A DNA stretch of 64,000 nt from Octopus sinensis (Eukaryota): contig NC_042999.1 of NCBI RefSeq assembly GCF_006345805.1, positions 21,266,001 through 21,330,000 on the forward strand, written 5' to 3'. How positions within the stretch are numbered: position 1 is the first letter of the stretch; every line of letters begins with the position of its first letter. Positions 53,265 to 64,000 of this stretch are shown piece by piece. Position numbers and translations under genes: made by a program. The notes beneath the pieces are model-generated. The model did not search any database. It was not told where the DNA came from and saw only the letters and a list, made by a program, of their open reading frames with translations.

Positions 53265-53530
53265 GGAGATTTACTTGCATAGCAAGTGACCTGATCTGAC
53301 ATCGTGTGCTGGAACGAAAACAATTGCAGCGTGGAAGGTGTATACGTGGAAGGTGTATACGTGGAAGCCATTCAAGAAACCGTGATGCAGCACCGAGTTT
53401 TGTCAGTAAACAGGTCTCGGTCTCAAAGCGACGAAAATATTTTGACAAATTAAATTTAAATGTTGAAGTGAATCTAACGGTTTTTGTGTGTTTTTAAATG
53501 ACTTATAAACACCTTCCACGCTGCAATTGT
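53265..53530 (+). mobile_element. Short HHR-bearing element with 22-bp inverted repeat, inside (TA)n
   Basis: acaattgcagcgtggaaggtgt (53320-53341) and its reverse complement (53509-53530); 15-bp tandem cgtggaaggtgtata x2.5. Confidence 0.7.
53399..53449 (+). ncRNA. Hammerhead-like motif, G3-C8 variant
   Basis: tttgtca-GTAAACA-G-GTCTC-ggtctcaaa-GCGAC-GAAA-ATAT-TT-tgacaaa: 7-bp stem I, palindromic AAATATTT; G5 is A in this copy. Confidence 0.5.
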
Positions 53531-53563
53531 ATATATATATATCTATATATATATATATATATC

Positions 53564-53669
<106 letters not shown>

Positions 53670-53937
53670 AACATATATATCTGATATCCTAATCTCTGTT
53701 TTATTGTGACAACTAACGGATTGTCGTTTCGTTCATAGAATCTGCATATGCACAGAAGTACACACGTATACATACACTACACACACATGTCTGTATATAT
53801 ATATACCTAATCACACGTGTACATAAACGCACACTCACGCACACACACACACACACACATATATATATACATAAATGCACCCTCCTGTCTGTCAAACACA
53901 CCTACACCTGCAGATATACAAATGTATATACATACAT

Positions 53938-54776
53938 ACACACGCACAGACTACGCACACAAACACAAGCACACAATTAATGCCACACACACATAACGCT
54001 ACCACAGACATGCACGCTGCCACAGACATGCACCACATACGTGCAAACACAGTTGCCACCACACGCTATCATGCACACTAGCTACCATGCACACGGACAT
54101 ATACACGCGTAATCACTGCCACATGCACTCGCTACAATACATACACACTCGCTACAACACTCACCACACGCTACCACCTGCACACGCCAAGGAAACCGGG
54201 AAACCGTCCCTAATGAGCCAGGCATGGCTCGAGAAGGGACTACCAACATAATCAGTGAAAGAGAACCAAACTAGTGAATCAGAAAATGAATGAACACACC
54301 TGTATTCAATGTTTCATATGTATGAAGGAAGGAGACAAGTACAACGGATAGTCTTACACTCGTATATATACATGCATACGTACACATGTACACATGCATA
54401 TATATATACATATTTTGTATATGCTTAGACATACAAATCACGTGCGGTTAAATTTTTGGAGTAACTGACCGGTAGTAGGAATAAAGCGAAAATGCTTACT
54501 GAAAGAGGGGAGTGCGAAAATGGCCAGTATGCATGTATGCTCCCGCGCGTGTGCAGGTTGTAGCATGTGGTGTGTGTTGTAGGGAGTGGGTATGTGGCAG
54601 TGATTACGTGTGTACATGTGCGTGTGCATGGTAGCGTGTGTGCGTGTGGTGGTAACTATGTTTGTGCGCGTGTGGTGCATGTCTGTGTTAGCGTGTAGTA
54701 GCGCTATGTGTGTGTGTGGCATTAACTGTGTAAGAGTGTGTGTTTCTGTTTGTGTGCGTAGTCTGTGCGTGTGTGT
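53938..54776. repeat. CA-rich imperfect inverted repeat (arms 53938-54187 and 54547-54776)
   Basis: Shared non-periodic words cacgcacagactacgcacacaaac, ttaatgccacacacac and cgtaatcactgccacat. Confidence 0.8.
54186..54318. repeat. Inverted copy of 52539-52672 (SINE tail + TSD + unique flank)
   Basis: Reverse complement includes tatgaaacatt.aatacaggtg...ttcactagtttggttctctttc. Confidence 0.9.
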
Positions 54777-55539
54777 GTGTCGTAGGATCTGTGTGCGTCC
54801 GTGTGTATTAATATCTCTCTGAGATATCAGCAGCTGTAGTGACAGTTTTGTTTATGGATGGGTGTAGCAGTGCGTCTGTGTGCGTGTTTGCATGTATGCG
54901 TGCTTGCATGTATGCGTGCTTGCATGTATGCGTGCTTGCATGTATGCGTGTTTACGCGTGCGATTTCGTGTATGTGTGCGTGTGCGTGGGTGGGTAGCGC
55001 GCTGGGGGGGGCAGTGTGTGTGTACGTGTGTGCGTGTGTGTATTCGTGCGCCTGGATGTGTGTGTGATGTGTGGTAGAGTAATATAAAGAATAAGAATAA
55101 GAAATGATACAAATATATAGTTAAAAATGAAAATAATACAAAAAATACATTAAAAAATTAAAAAATAAATAATGAAAAATTAAAATTGAGAATAATAAAA
55201 ATATGAAAAGGATGAAATGAATAAATCCATAAAAGAAAAAATGTCGGTAACAGAAATAAATGAAAATTATTAAAAATTATTTTAAAATATTGTTCAAAAA
55301 TTATTTTAAAGAATTTAAATTATTAAAGCATTAGACTATTATTAACAAATTATCAAAAAAATTATTGACAGTTTTTAAAAAGTAATAGAAAAATACAAAA
55401 TTAATAATAAAAAATAAATACATAGTAATAAACAAATAATAAAATATAGAACAAAAATAAGCAAATTAAAAAATGAATAAAAGAACGGATAAAACCGGTT
55501 GAGTACAAAATTATTTTTAAAAAGGGTGTGTGGGGAAAG

Positions 55540-55993
55540 TCACTGAGCGGAGTGGGTTGCGTTGAATCCTGAAGGAATTTGGGTACAGAGAGTGAAAATG
55601 TAGCGCTGTTCCTGGTGGAGTCTAGAGTTGGTGGATTGATGGTGTAGGGCAAGGCCGAAGACGGTGATATCTGATGTAGAGTGGTCGGCCAAGCGAAAAT
55701 GAGCGGCGACTGGGGTGTTGTCACGTAGGTCGCTTAGGTTACGGGCGCGTTTTAAGGAGAGCAAGGATGGGTAGGGGAAAATAGGAATGGTGATGAGATC
55801 TAGCCGGAGGCAACGGAAGGCCTTCCGAAGAAAGGTAGGGTGGAGGGGTGGAAATGAAGGGGAATTGGATACGGTTAGGGGATCGGTGTGCGGAAGGAGA
55901 GTGCGAACGATTTGATGAGTGCAGGTAAAAGCACGTTGGACAAGGCAGGAAGAAAATCCGCCACGCATGAACAAGAGGGACGAGTATTGAGAC
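55540..55993 (-). mobile_element. Penelope-like element C-terminal fragment with internal deletion
   Basis: FMRGGFSSCLVQRA...FPYPSLLSLKRARNLSDL|RDNTPVAAHF..HSTSDITVFGL...EQRYIFTLCTQIPSGFN; the GIY-YIG core is missing. Confidence 0.8.
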
Positions 55994-57142
55994 ATGGACT
56001 CGTACAAAGTTTGAATTATTTCCAACGGAATTTTTGTCCATTCTTCAGCTAAAACAGCCTCCAGCTCTCGTAGTGATGATGGTGGATATCGACACTTTAT
56101 TTGTTTTACTAAAATGCACCATAAATGTTCAATAATATTGAGATCTGGGGACTGTGGTGGACAGATAAGATATTCAACTTCACTAGAATGTTCTTTGTCC
56201 CATTCTGTAACAAATTTAACTGTGTGAATTAGTGCATTATCATCCTGAAAGAATGCGTTTCATTCCGGAAACAGTTCCGCAACCTTAGGATGGATTTGAT
56301 CAGATAAAATGCTTAAATAGTCTTGACTATTAATTCTACTATAAAGAACAGCCATTGGTCGGTGGATTTCCAAAATATAGCCCCCCCCCCCCGATCATCA
56401 CAGATCCTCCTTCATGTTTAACAGTTGGAAGAAGGCTTCTTTTGACTGTCACCACAGGTATACTCGGCCGGTGGTCGGAACTAAGGTAAAGGATGACTCA
56501 TCGAGAAAATAACATTCTTCCACTGCTACAGGGACCAATTCTGTAAGTTTTTACCCCACTCTAAACGCTCTGCAACGTTTGTATTTGAAAGTGGTGGTTT
56601 TCTGATTGCAGCCCTTCCGTGAAATTCAGCTTTGCGCAGCTCCCAGCAAGCAGTTTTTGTGGAAACTGGGTTCACGATGTGGTCATTAAGCTCTGCAGTA
56701 ATTTTGGGAGGAGTACTTTTGTGATCCTTTCTAACAATTCGTGTAAAGTTCCCACGGTCCCTATCTGAAAGTTTTGGTTTTCTTCTGGAATTTTGTTTCG
56801 ACGAGTAGGTTTTTCCTTCTATCTCAAAGGCTGTAATTACTTTCGAGACAGTACATCTTGATGCACCAAATATTTCTGCTGTTCTCGTTATGCTAGCGCC
56901 TGCCATACGAGCACCAACAATTTGACCTCTTTGAAAGTCCAATAGATCTGTCACTTTAATGAATTTTAATTACCTTTATCTGATGATATATGAAAAGAAA
57001 CAGCAATTTTAGCAAAACATATTAGGTAACTCTAATAATAAATCAAAAACATAAAAATAAACAAGCATTTGATGGTTTTATAGAGATTTCAAAATTATGA
57101 TGCTATGATGCTAGGTGTTTCCATTATTTTGTCCAACCCCTG
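55994..57142 (-). mobile_element. Tc1-family transposon, 5' TIR plus decayed transposase, 3'-truncated
   Basis: TIR-like caggggttggacaaaataatggaaacacct ends at 57142. ORF 56526-56954 is the HTH region; frameshifted W..VIF.DES, FQDDNA and PQSPDLNIIEHLW follow. Confidence 0.92.
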
Positions 57143-57657
57143 CATATATATATATTATATCATATTATATTATATTATATACGCATGCATGTATGTATAC
57201 ATATACGCATGTATACACTTTCATATACATAAGTCTTTAATGCACCTCTGCTAAGAGAAATGTGGTCAATTGTTATGGATGGAAAAACTGCCCTTGGCAA
57301 ACCACAATTTTTCGAAACGACCCTAAGAATATGTACTGAATAAAGAATCATCTTAATTCTTCGAATGCCACCAGTCCTTGGATTCCTACCTTCTATCCTC
57401 ATCATCGATTCATAAAATTTGAATGCTTACACCAAACATTAATGGAGGTACATTTATGTATTATACGCTTCCGTGATTTGTAAATTTGTACTCGAATTGA
57501 TAATGTATATAAATATGCCTGTGATGCGAAGTCTTTTAACTTGATAAAAGGACTTGACCTTGAAATCTGTTCTCCACTTTTACCTTGTCTTATTTCTCCT
57601 GGAGAGTGCTAATTAGTTGCGCTGTATTAAGATATCATTTTTATACACCACGCATAA

Positions 57658-57697
<40 letters not shown>

Positions 57698-57759
57698 AAA
57701 AAATGAAGTTCGAAAATGCTGCTGTATTATACAATTTTTAATTTTTATATATACATTAT

Positions 57760-57793
57760 AACATGTTTCAGTTCCTGAAATGAACCTTATCAA
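57760..57793 (-). ncRNA. Hammerhead-like motif (U3-A8) at the distal 3' end of the PLE
   Basis: TTGATAA-GGTTC-atttcag-GAACT-GAAA-CATG-TT; palindromic ACATGT; stem I is weak. Confidence 0.45.
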
Positions 57794-58172
57794 AAAAAGT
57801 TATATATAAAAAGAGACAGCTCATGCCGTCAAACACAAGAAATTCATTTATAATACACAACGGAGTCAGACATCTTAGAGTTCATGTATAGTTGATATAT
57901 AGTTCATGTATAGTTGATATATAGTTTGAAGTATATGTTCAAAGTGTTCGATGCAGTGGCCCACGGTGGCGATACGTATTCAATACAAAAACAGATCAAA
58001 GTGGTGGAAAGCGGTCAATACAGAAGATTGATGTTTCCGAAAGAGCGAGGAATTCATTTTTACCTTAAGCAATTGTGATGACCCATGGTGGAAGTTCGCT
58101 GGGTGGTTCTAGTGATTTTTTGTGAAATGCTTGGTTTTATAATGCCTGTTAGGTGGTCAATCTAGCGTAGCG

Positions 58173-58505
58173 TGACGTCATCAATGTTTTGACCAATCGT
58201 TTCGTTAGGTGGCTTTAATCAAGTGAACGGGACGTCATCATTATTTTGACCAATCGCTGCATTATAACTCCCTCTTGTTTGTTTCCTGTCTTGACCAGTC
58301 GCTTCGTTAGTCAAGCATAGCGGGATGTCATCCAGATTCTGCCCAATCACGACTTATAGCTACATTAGATCTGCCCCCTGTCTGTACTTGTTAGGTGACT
58401 ATTCAAGCAGAAAAGGACGTCATCAATATTCTGACTAATGACTGTCCCCTGTTTGTATCCTGTCGATTCTAGCAGAGCTAGACGTCATCAACTTGTTGAC
58501 CAATC
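58173..58505 (+). promoter_or_regulatory. Five CRE-like + CCAAT composite motifs with fixed 7-nt spacing
   Basis: GACGTCATCA-N7-GACCAATC (some variant bases) at 58174, 58231, 58324, 58416 and 58481. Confidence 0.55.
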
Positions 58506-58673
58506 AGAATCGGGTCTGACCCTTAGCTGTATCGTATGTATCAGGGTCATATTTGCACGAAAGAATTTTTTTCCCTTTTTTACTAAGGCATATTTCCGTC
58601 AGAGTGAGTGTCTGTTTGAAGTAGCGGCCGTGGTGAAATTTGGTTCTCCTTTTCGGAGGACTTATCTTTTGTT

Positions 58674-59740
58674 TTAGTATTCCTGGCCCAGGGTGTTTAA
58701 ACTTGGTCTAAATTTTTTTATGAAATATAGTTCTTTATTTTGGCGTTGTGTGAAGGTTGCGTTGTCACTGAATTTATAGAGCGGGTTAGTTGTAAATTTC
58801 GGATTTACATTTCCAGCACATCTATCTATGTGTCCGCTGACCGGTATTTTGCGGTAATCAGGGTTTCTAATTTGTGATTTATGCACCGCCATCCTGTTAC
58901 GTAAGCTATTTTTTGTATGGCCTATATACTGCCTATTGCAGCCTGCGCATGTTATGACGTAAATTAAGTTTTCTGATGCGCAGGTGAAGTTTGTTCTAAT
59001 GGTGAACTGGTGGCCTTGTTCCAGTATAAATTCTGATCCTTCTTTCAAGATGACACAGATTCCGCAGTTGGGCCTTCCACATTTTCTAACTGCTGGTTTT
59101 GTGGTTGATGTTGAATGCAGTGTAGCTTGGGTTAAAATCCTTTTCAAGGATTTTGGTTGCCGTTTACTTTTAATGATGGTGTGTGTTTCGAGGATCCGGT
59201 TCATCTTTGGGTCTCCCTTTAGTAGGGCTGTGCTTTGTAGTATGGTGTTGAAGGCCTCATTGTTGAGTGGGTTGTGTGTAGAGATGTAGGGAAGGGTTTT
59301 TAATTGTTCTTTCTTTTTTGGTTTTGTTTGTCTCAGGTCTTCTATACTTAATTTAAGTACCCGTTGGATTGCACTGTCTATTAGGGGCTGTGGATAGTTT
59401 CTATTTGTGAGTGTGGTTCTAAGTTCCTGGAGACGTGTGTGTCGGGTGTTTGTGTCTGATATTATGGTGCAAATCCTTCTAGCTAAACAAAAAGGGACAT
59501 TCATTCTAGTGTGTCGTGGGTGGCATGAATCAAAGGGTAGGTACTGTTTAGAGTCTGTCGGTTTATAGTAGATATCTGTCTCTATTTTGTTGCCGGTTAT
59601 CTTAATGAGGATGTCTAAAAATGGTAATTCTTTTTCGTTGTGGTCCATCGTGAATTGTATATTGTCATTTATTCCATTTAATAGAATTTTAAATTCCTCA
59701 AGTTTCTCTATGCCTTTGTCCCAGATATATATAAGACACG
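58674..59740 (-). CDS. 5'-truncated Penelope-like retroelement ORF (RT C-terminus/thumb, Cys linker, GIY-YIG endonuclease)
   Basis: LPFLDILI, IYYKPTDSKQYL.F.SCHP.H, RNYPQ.LI, CGRPNCGIC, NLIYVITCAGCNRQYIGHT, R...H; no stops. YxDD is absent and homology starts near 59740. Confidence 0.92.
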
Positions 59741-61428
59741 TGGATACGATCGCATTCTTACGGTTAAAAATGTACTTAAATTCAAATAACAATCAGATTA
59801 TATTCACAGATGCATTAATAGGAAGTATAGTTACAAACACTTACAGACTTAATACTCTTCATGTTGAACAATCATATCATCTTTCAGTGAATTACAAGAA
59901 ATTCCTCCGGATTATTATTCATTGAATTACAAGCAATTCTTCCGGAATTATTCATCAGCCAATATCCATAATCATTATGTGTCTGTAAATAAAACTATTA
60001 TCCTTTTAGAAACTTAGCTTCCTCGGCTGTTTAAGTGATGACTCATTCTATTATTTTCAGTAGATTCCATACAATATCAAAGCAAGATATTTAGTTATTC
60101 ACCTATCGTAGTAATTGTACGACTACTAAAATTCATTATACGAATAAACACAGGATTACCATTTACAAACATTAGCATATTCATTGAACAAATTCCAAAA
60201 TATTAATGGAATTTTCCACTTTAATTTTAATACAGTATAGTCTACATTGATATCTTTAGTACACAGTATATATTAATTTTTAATCTTGTGCTTCAGATTC
60301 TTAGATCGATATACACAATAATTTATTGACCATCAACTGTTATTATACATGAACTGGTACGCTAAAATATTATGAGGAAAGATAATCATTCTTCATTCGA
60401 GAAAACGGTAGCAAACGTATCAGATATTATACCTTTGTGCCATCTACCTTATTCTTACTTATGCGTTATCTACTGATCCCACCTGATAACATTAAATACA
60501 GCTCTTAGCTGCCATATTTGCTTTCTGCGATGTTAATTACTTTCTCTATCATCTGGAAATTAAGAACAGCTGTGATTTTTGATGATTTGCATGTTATGGA
60601 TTCTGCACAACAATAGCCTAAATTTGAACGTTATTAAATGCTAGAATTGTGGTTCCCCTGGATATAATACTTTGTAAATCAAGTTTGAAATCCTATATCA
60701 CCACCTGCTGTTACATAACAGCTTCATATTGTTCTTTCCATAAGAGATTTAATTATATTTTGCTAGAATATCTCTTCTACGCGCACTAAAGAAAATTAAG
60801 CAACTCATTTAGTTTTTCACAATCGAATACAGTTTTCGCATTCTACTGATGCACTCAGATTTAAATACAATATAATGAACTGTACGTTTTCCTTTCTACA
60901 TAAATTACAAACTATATAATAAATGAAGGCTGTTTCAACGCATCTGCATCCAAACTGCTAAATACAAATCATTGAAAAAGAATTTGGTTCTGCAACTTAT
61001 TCGAATCGGTGTTTAGAAGCGATTTTACACAAACGTGTTTGGTTTCTAAGAAAATTATCCTTATTCAGTGTTCGGTATATGTAGTGCATTGGCGGAATTC
61101 ATAATGTCAATGACAAAATGTGTAGCACTTGTATTCAATAACGTAGTCTAACGTTGTCAGATCAAGTCATGCCGTTGTGAAGCCTGTTTTTTCTTTCTTG
61201 CAGCTTATATGATATTAAGTACTTAGCAATATCTGTTTTCGTCGTAATTAACCGTACACCTTCCTCGAATATGTGACGTCGAATGAGTTTGAATATTTAA
61301 AATTTGAAATGTCAATGCATACGTTTAATATCCCGTTGCATACCTCAATTCGAATCTAGCTGGAGTCTTTTATGACTTTCCATCTTCTGAGGGACAATAC
61401 AGTGAGTTATACTTAAATAATTTGGTCG

Positions 61429-61750
61429 ATGGAGGCGCAATGGCCCAGTGGTTAGGGCAGCGGACTTGCGGTCGGAGGATCGCGGTTTCGATTCCCAGAC
61501 CGAGTGTTGTGTGTTTATTGAGCGAAGACAACTAAAGAAAAGGCTCCATGAGGCTCCGGCAAGGGGTGGTGGCAACCCCTGTTGTACTCTTTCACCTCAA
61601 CTTTCTCTCACACTTTCTTCCTGTTTCATGAGTAACGCTGCTCTGGATTGGCGTCTCGTCCAGCTGGGGGGACACACACGCCACAGAAACCGGGAAACCG
61701 GGCCCATGGGCCTGGTTAAGCATGAATGTGGCGCATAAATAAATAAATAA
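61429..61750 (+). mobile_element. SINE family C, full length with (AAAT)n tail
   Basis: tRNA-like head and gaaaccgggaaaccgggcccatg tail. Confidence 0.9.
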
Positions 61751-64000
61751 ATGAATTAGGGCGACACATCATCCGTTTTCTGAATAAATTATGTGCGCTT
61801 GCCTGGACCCAGATGAAAAAATTGTACCAAAGAAAACAAATAAATAAATAAATAGACCAATGTAATGAGAATGCTATTTAATGCTCTTTGAAATACATTG
61901 CTCTAGTAACCTCTTTTACCAAAATTTAATTACAGAATTTTTTCCTTTATGTATGCACGTGACATTTCGCAAGTAATTATACAGTAGAATACGTAAAAAT
62001 CAACCCGTGAAATAACCATAGCTAATATGGTCTCAAATCTAGCTGCTATAATTATATGCAATTTTATGAATGTGTTACCAAAAGTCAATTTAGCGGGGCT
62101 TCAAATATTGCAGAAAATTAAGCAAGCTAATTTTCTTTTCCTTCATTTCTTTTTCTTTTGTTCGTGCGTGTGTATAGGATAAACTAATTAGTTTTGTAGA
62201 ATTGGAATTATTAACCAAATGATTTGCAAATTACGAATTTAATATTTTCAACTGAGATAATGGTTTGTTATTTCCTTTGTTATATTTCATAGAATTGACG
62301 CACAGTACAGCGTTTGAAGCATGACTTTTGTATTTGATAGTATTTTATAAAAGTTTTACCAATATTTTATTAAGGTCATATGAATGAAATGAGAAATCAA
62401 TCTAATCCACAATTGCAGACATTAAAATATCATCACTAAGCCTGATGTCCATACAATAAAACAAAAACAATGTAACAGATCATCTGTTTCAACATTTCCT
62501 CACCATTTTCTATGCTATCATCACCATCGACGCTATTGTCGTTGTCATCATCGCCATCGTCGTAATAATCGTGTCGATGTAGCCATCATCATCGCCATAC
62601 TTTAAATATTCTCAGTAGCATATGCACCAAGTGTAAAACAAACAAATGATTTCAGTCTTTAATAGTAGACGCAATATTTCCCGCCCTGATGTGAAATATA
62701 ATTAAGGAGTCCATTTTGCAGAATAACGCTATAACAATAATCGTACATCGTTGATATCTCTTACTTTATATTATGTATATTCGCTATAACTATTGTACGG
62801 TGAAGTAGTCAACTGTCCATGAGCCTGGCTAGGCTTGAAAAGCGCGACGAACGATAAATGTACATCAGAGAAAACGGAACATCTACCAGACGTTCAAGCC
62901 ATATCTCCATTCAATGGCTCCGATGAACATTTCTGGAGACGCGGTGAACGAATTTTGAGAGATTTTATTTCCTAGTTTGATGCCATTCTCATTTGGAACA
63001 TGTATGGGTAAGGATAGCAAAGTTATGTCTCCAGAAAAGAATCATAATAAAATATGTGTTTCTTGCATACTGACTGTATAACATGTGTAAAAAAAAGATA
63101 CATATATATAAATAAAGAAATCGTAATTTGTATATATGTGTTTTTCTTTCGAAAACCCAATACATTTTTCAATAACCTTGAACCCTTTACGAAAATAAGA
63201 TATACAACAGCCGTTTCAATAACAAATCCACGTTGTGTAAAGTCAAGGGAAACAAAATGGCTACAAATCTCATTGTTCATTGCTGACATTTACGAACTGA
63301 TAATTGCGACTCAGGACCAGTGTCGCCAAGATTGACACTACTAGAGGTATACATGGAAGCAGATTGTCTCCCCTGGATTCTGCGGGTGGGGGGGATATTG
63401 TTATAAAGTAAGACGAATCATATCGTACTGAGAATATAACTTTACAAAACGAACTAATTTATTGCAACCATTCGAAAGTGGCAGATTGTAACTTCAACTT
63501 TCTCACGAGGAAGAAATGAACTATTTGTACCACAGTAAGTGTGCTACGGTGAAAAGTGTCAATCCACAACAATGCGTCGATGTATATCTACATCACATGG
63601 TAGAATCGACGTAAGCTTAAATAATGCTAATATTGTGGGTGGGAAAAACATCATGTGATCGAATCTTGACCCCGGATTGGATGACAATAAATAATGCTTT
63701 ATGTTGAGACAACTGGCGTTGCTGCATGTTCCACCACGGCATATACTAAACGATATGAAAGGTTTCTTTCTTTATTTACAGGAATTTATGCAGAAGTGTA
63801 TAATATTAAAATAACCGAGCGTAATTACAAAAAAATAATAATAATAAATAAAGTGAAATTCATGTATAGCCACTAATCAGTGTGTCTTGGACACAAGAAA
63901 TTAACATGTTAGTGGAAGTAATTAGAATTATAAAGAATTAGAACCTATGAAACATTTCCTGTCATTATAGGAGTTCTACGAGTTCTTGTGAAATCTGATG

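Larger units (their letters stand above)
57690..58673 (-). mobile_element. Putative 3' UTR/pLTR of the PLE
   Basis: Runs from the ORF stop to (TA)n and contains the motif array and the HHR. The distal boundary is inferred. Confidence 0.5.

Noticed and set aside
58173-58505. Motif array as a CRISPR
   Set aside because: Repeats are short, degenerate and irregularly spaced; eukaryotic context with no cas genes.
58960-59000. Selenocysteine recoding in the PLE endonuclease
   Set aside because: No in-frame TGA in the ORF.

Overview
AT-rich eukaryotic DNA, dense in microsatellites and retroposons. The SINE families look like those of octopus/cephalopods (recalled resemblance, not searched). I found no intact host gene, rRNA, true tRNA gene or CRISPR array. 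Almost all ORFs in the track are translated microsatellites. Supported content: three tRNA-headed SINE families (A, B, C here); a ~560-bp element always bordered by (TAA)n; Penelope-like element (PLE) fragments, one with a ~355-codon open RT-thumb/GIY-YIG frame; R4/Dong-type and CR1-type LINE relics; Tc1 and mariner relics; a possible Myb/SANT relic; and several weak TPR-like relics. The main discovery is about 12 hammerhead-ribozyme (HHR) motifs from several unrelated short non-coding families. They co-vary at the tertiary 3-8 pair (C-G, U-A, G-C) and often border (TA)n. They repeatedly form fold-back units with outward-facing ribozyme ends (11.45, 28.4 and 40.8-43.8 kb) or sit inside a hairpin or inverted repeat (44.8, 53.3 kb). 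Two lie between inverted duplications of flanking DNA. All alignments and folds were done by eye, so coordinates of decayed elements are approximate.
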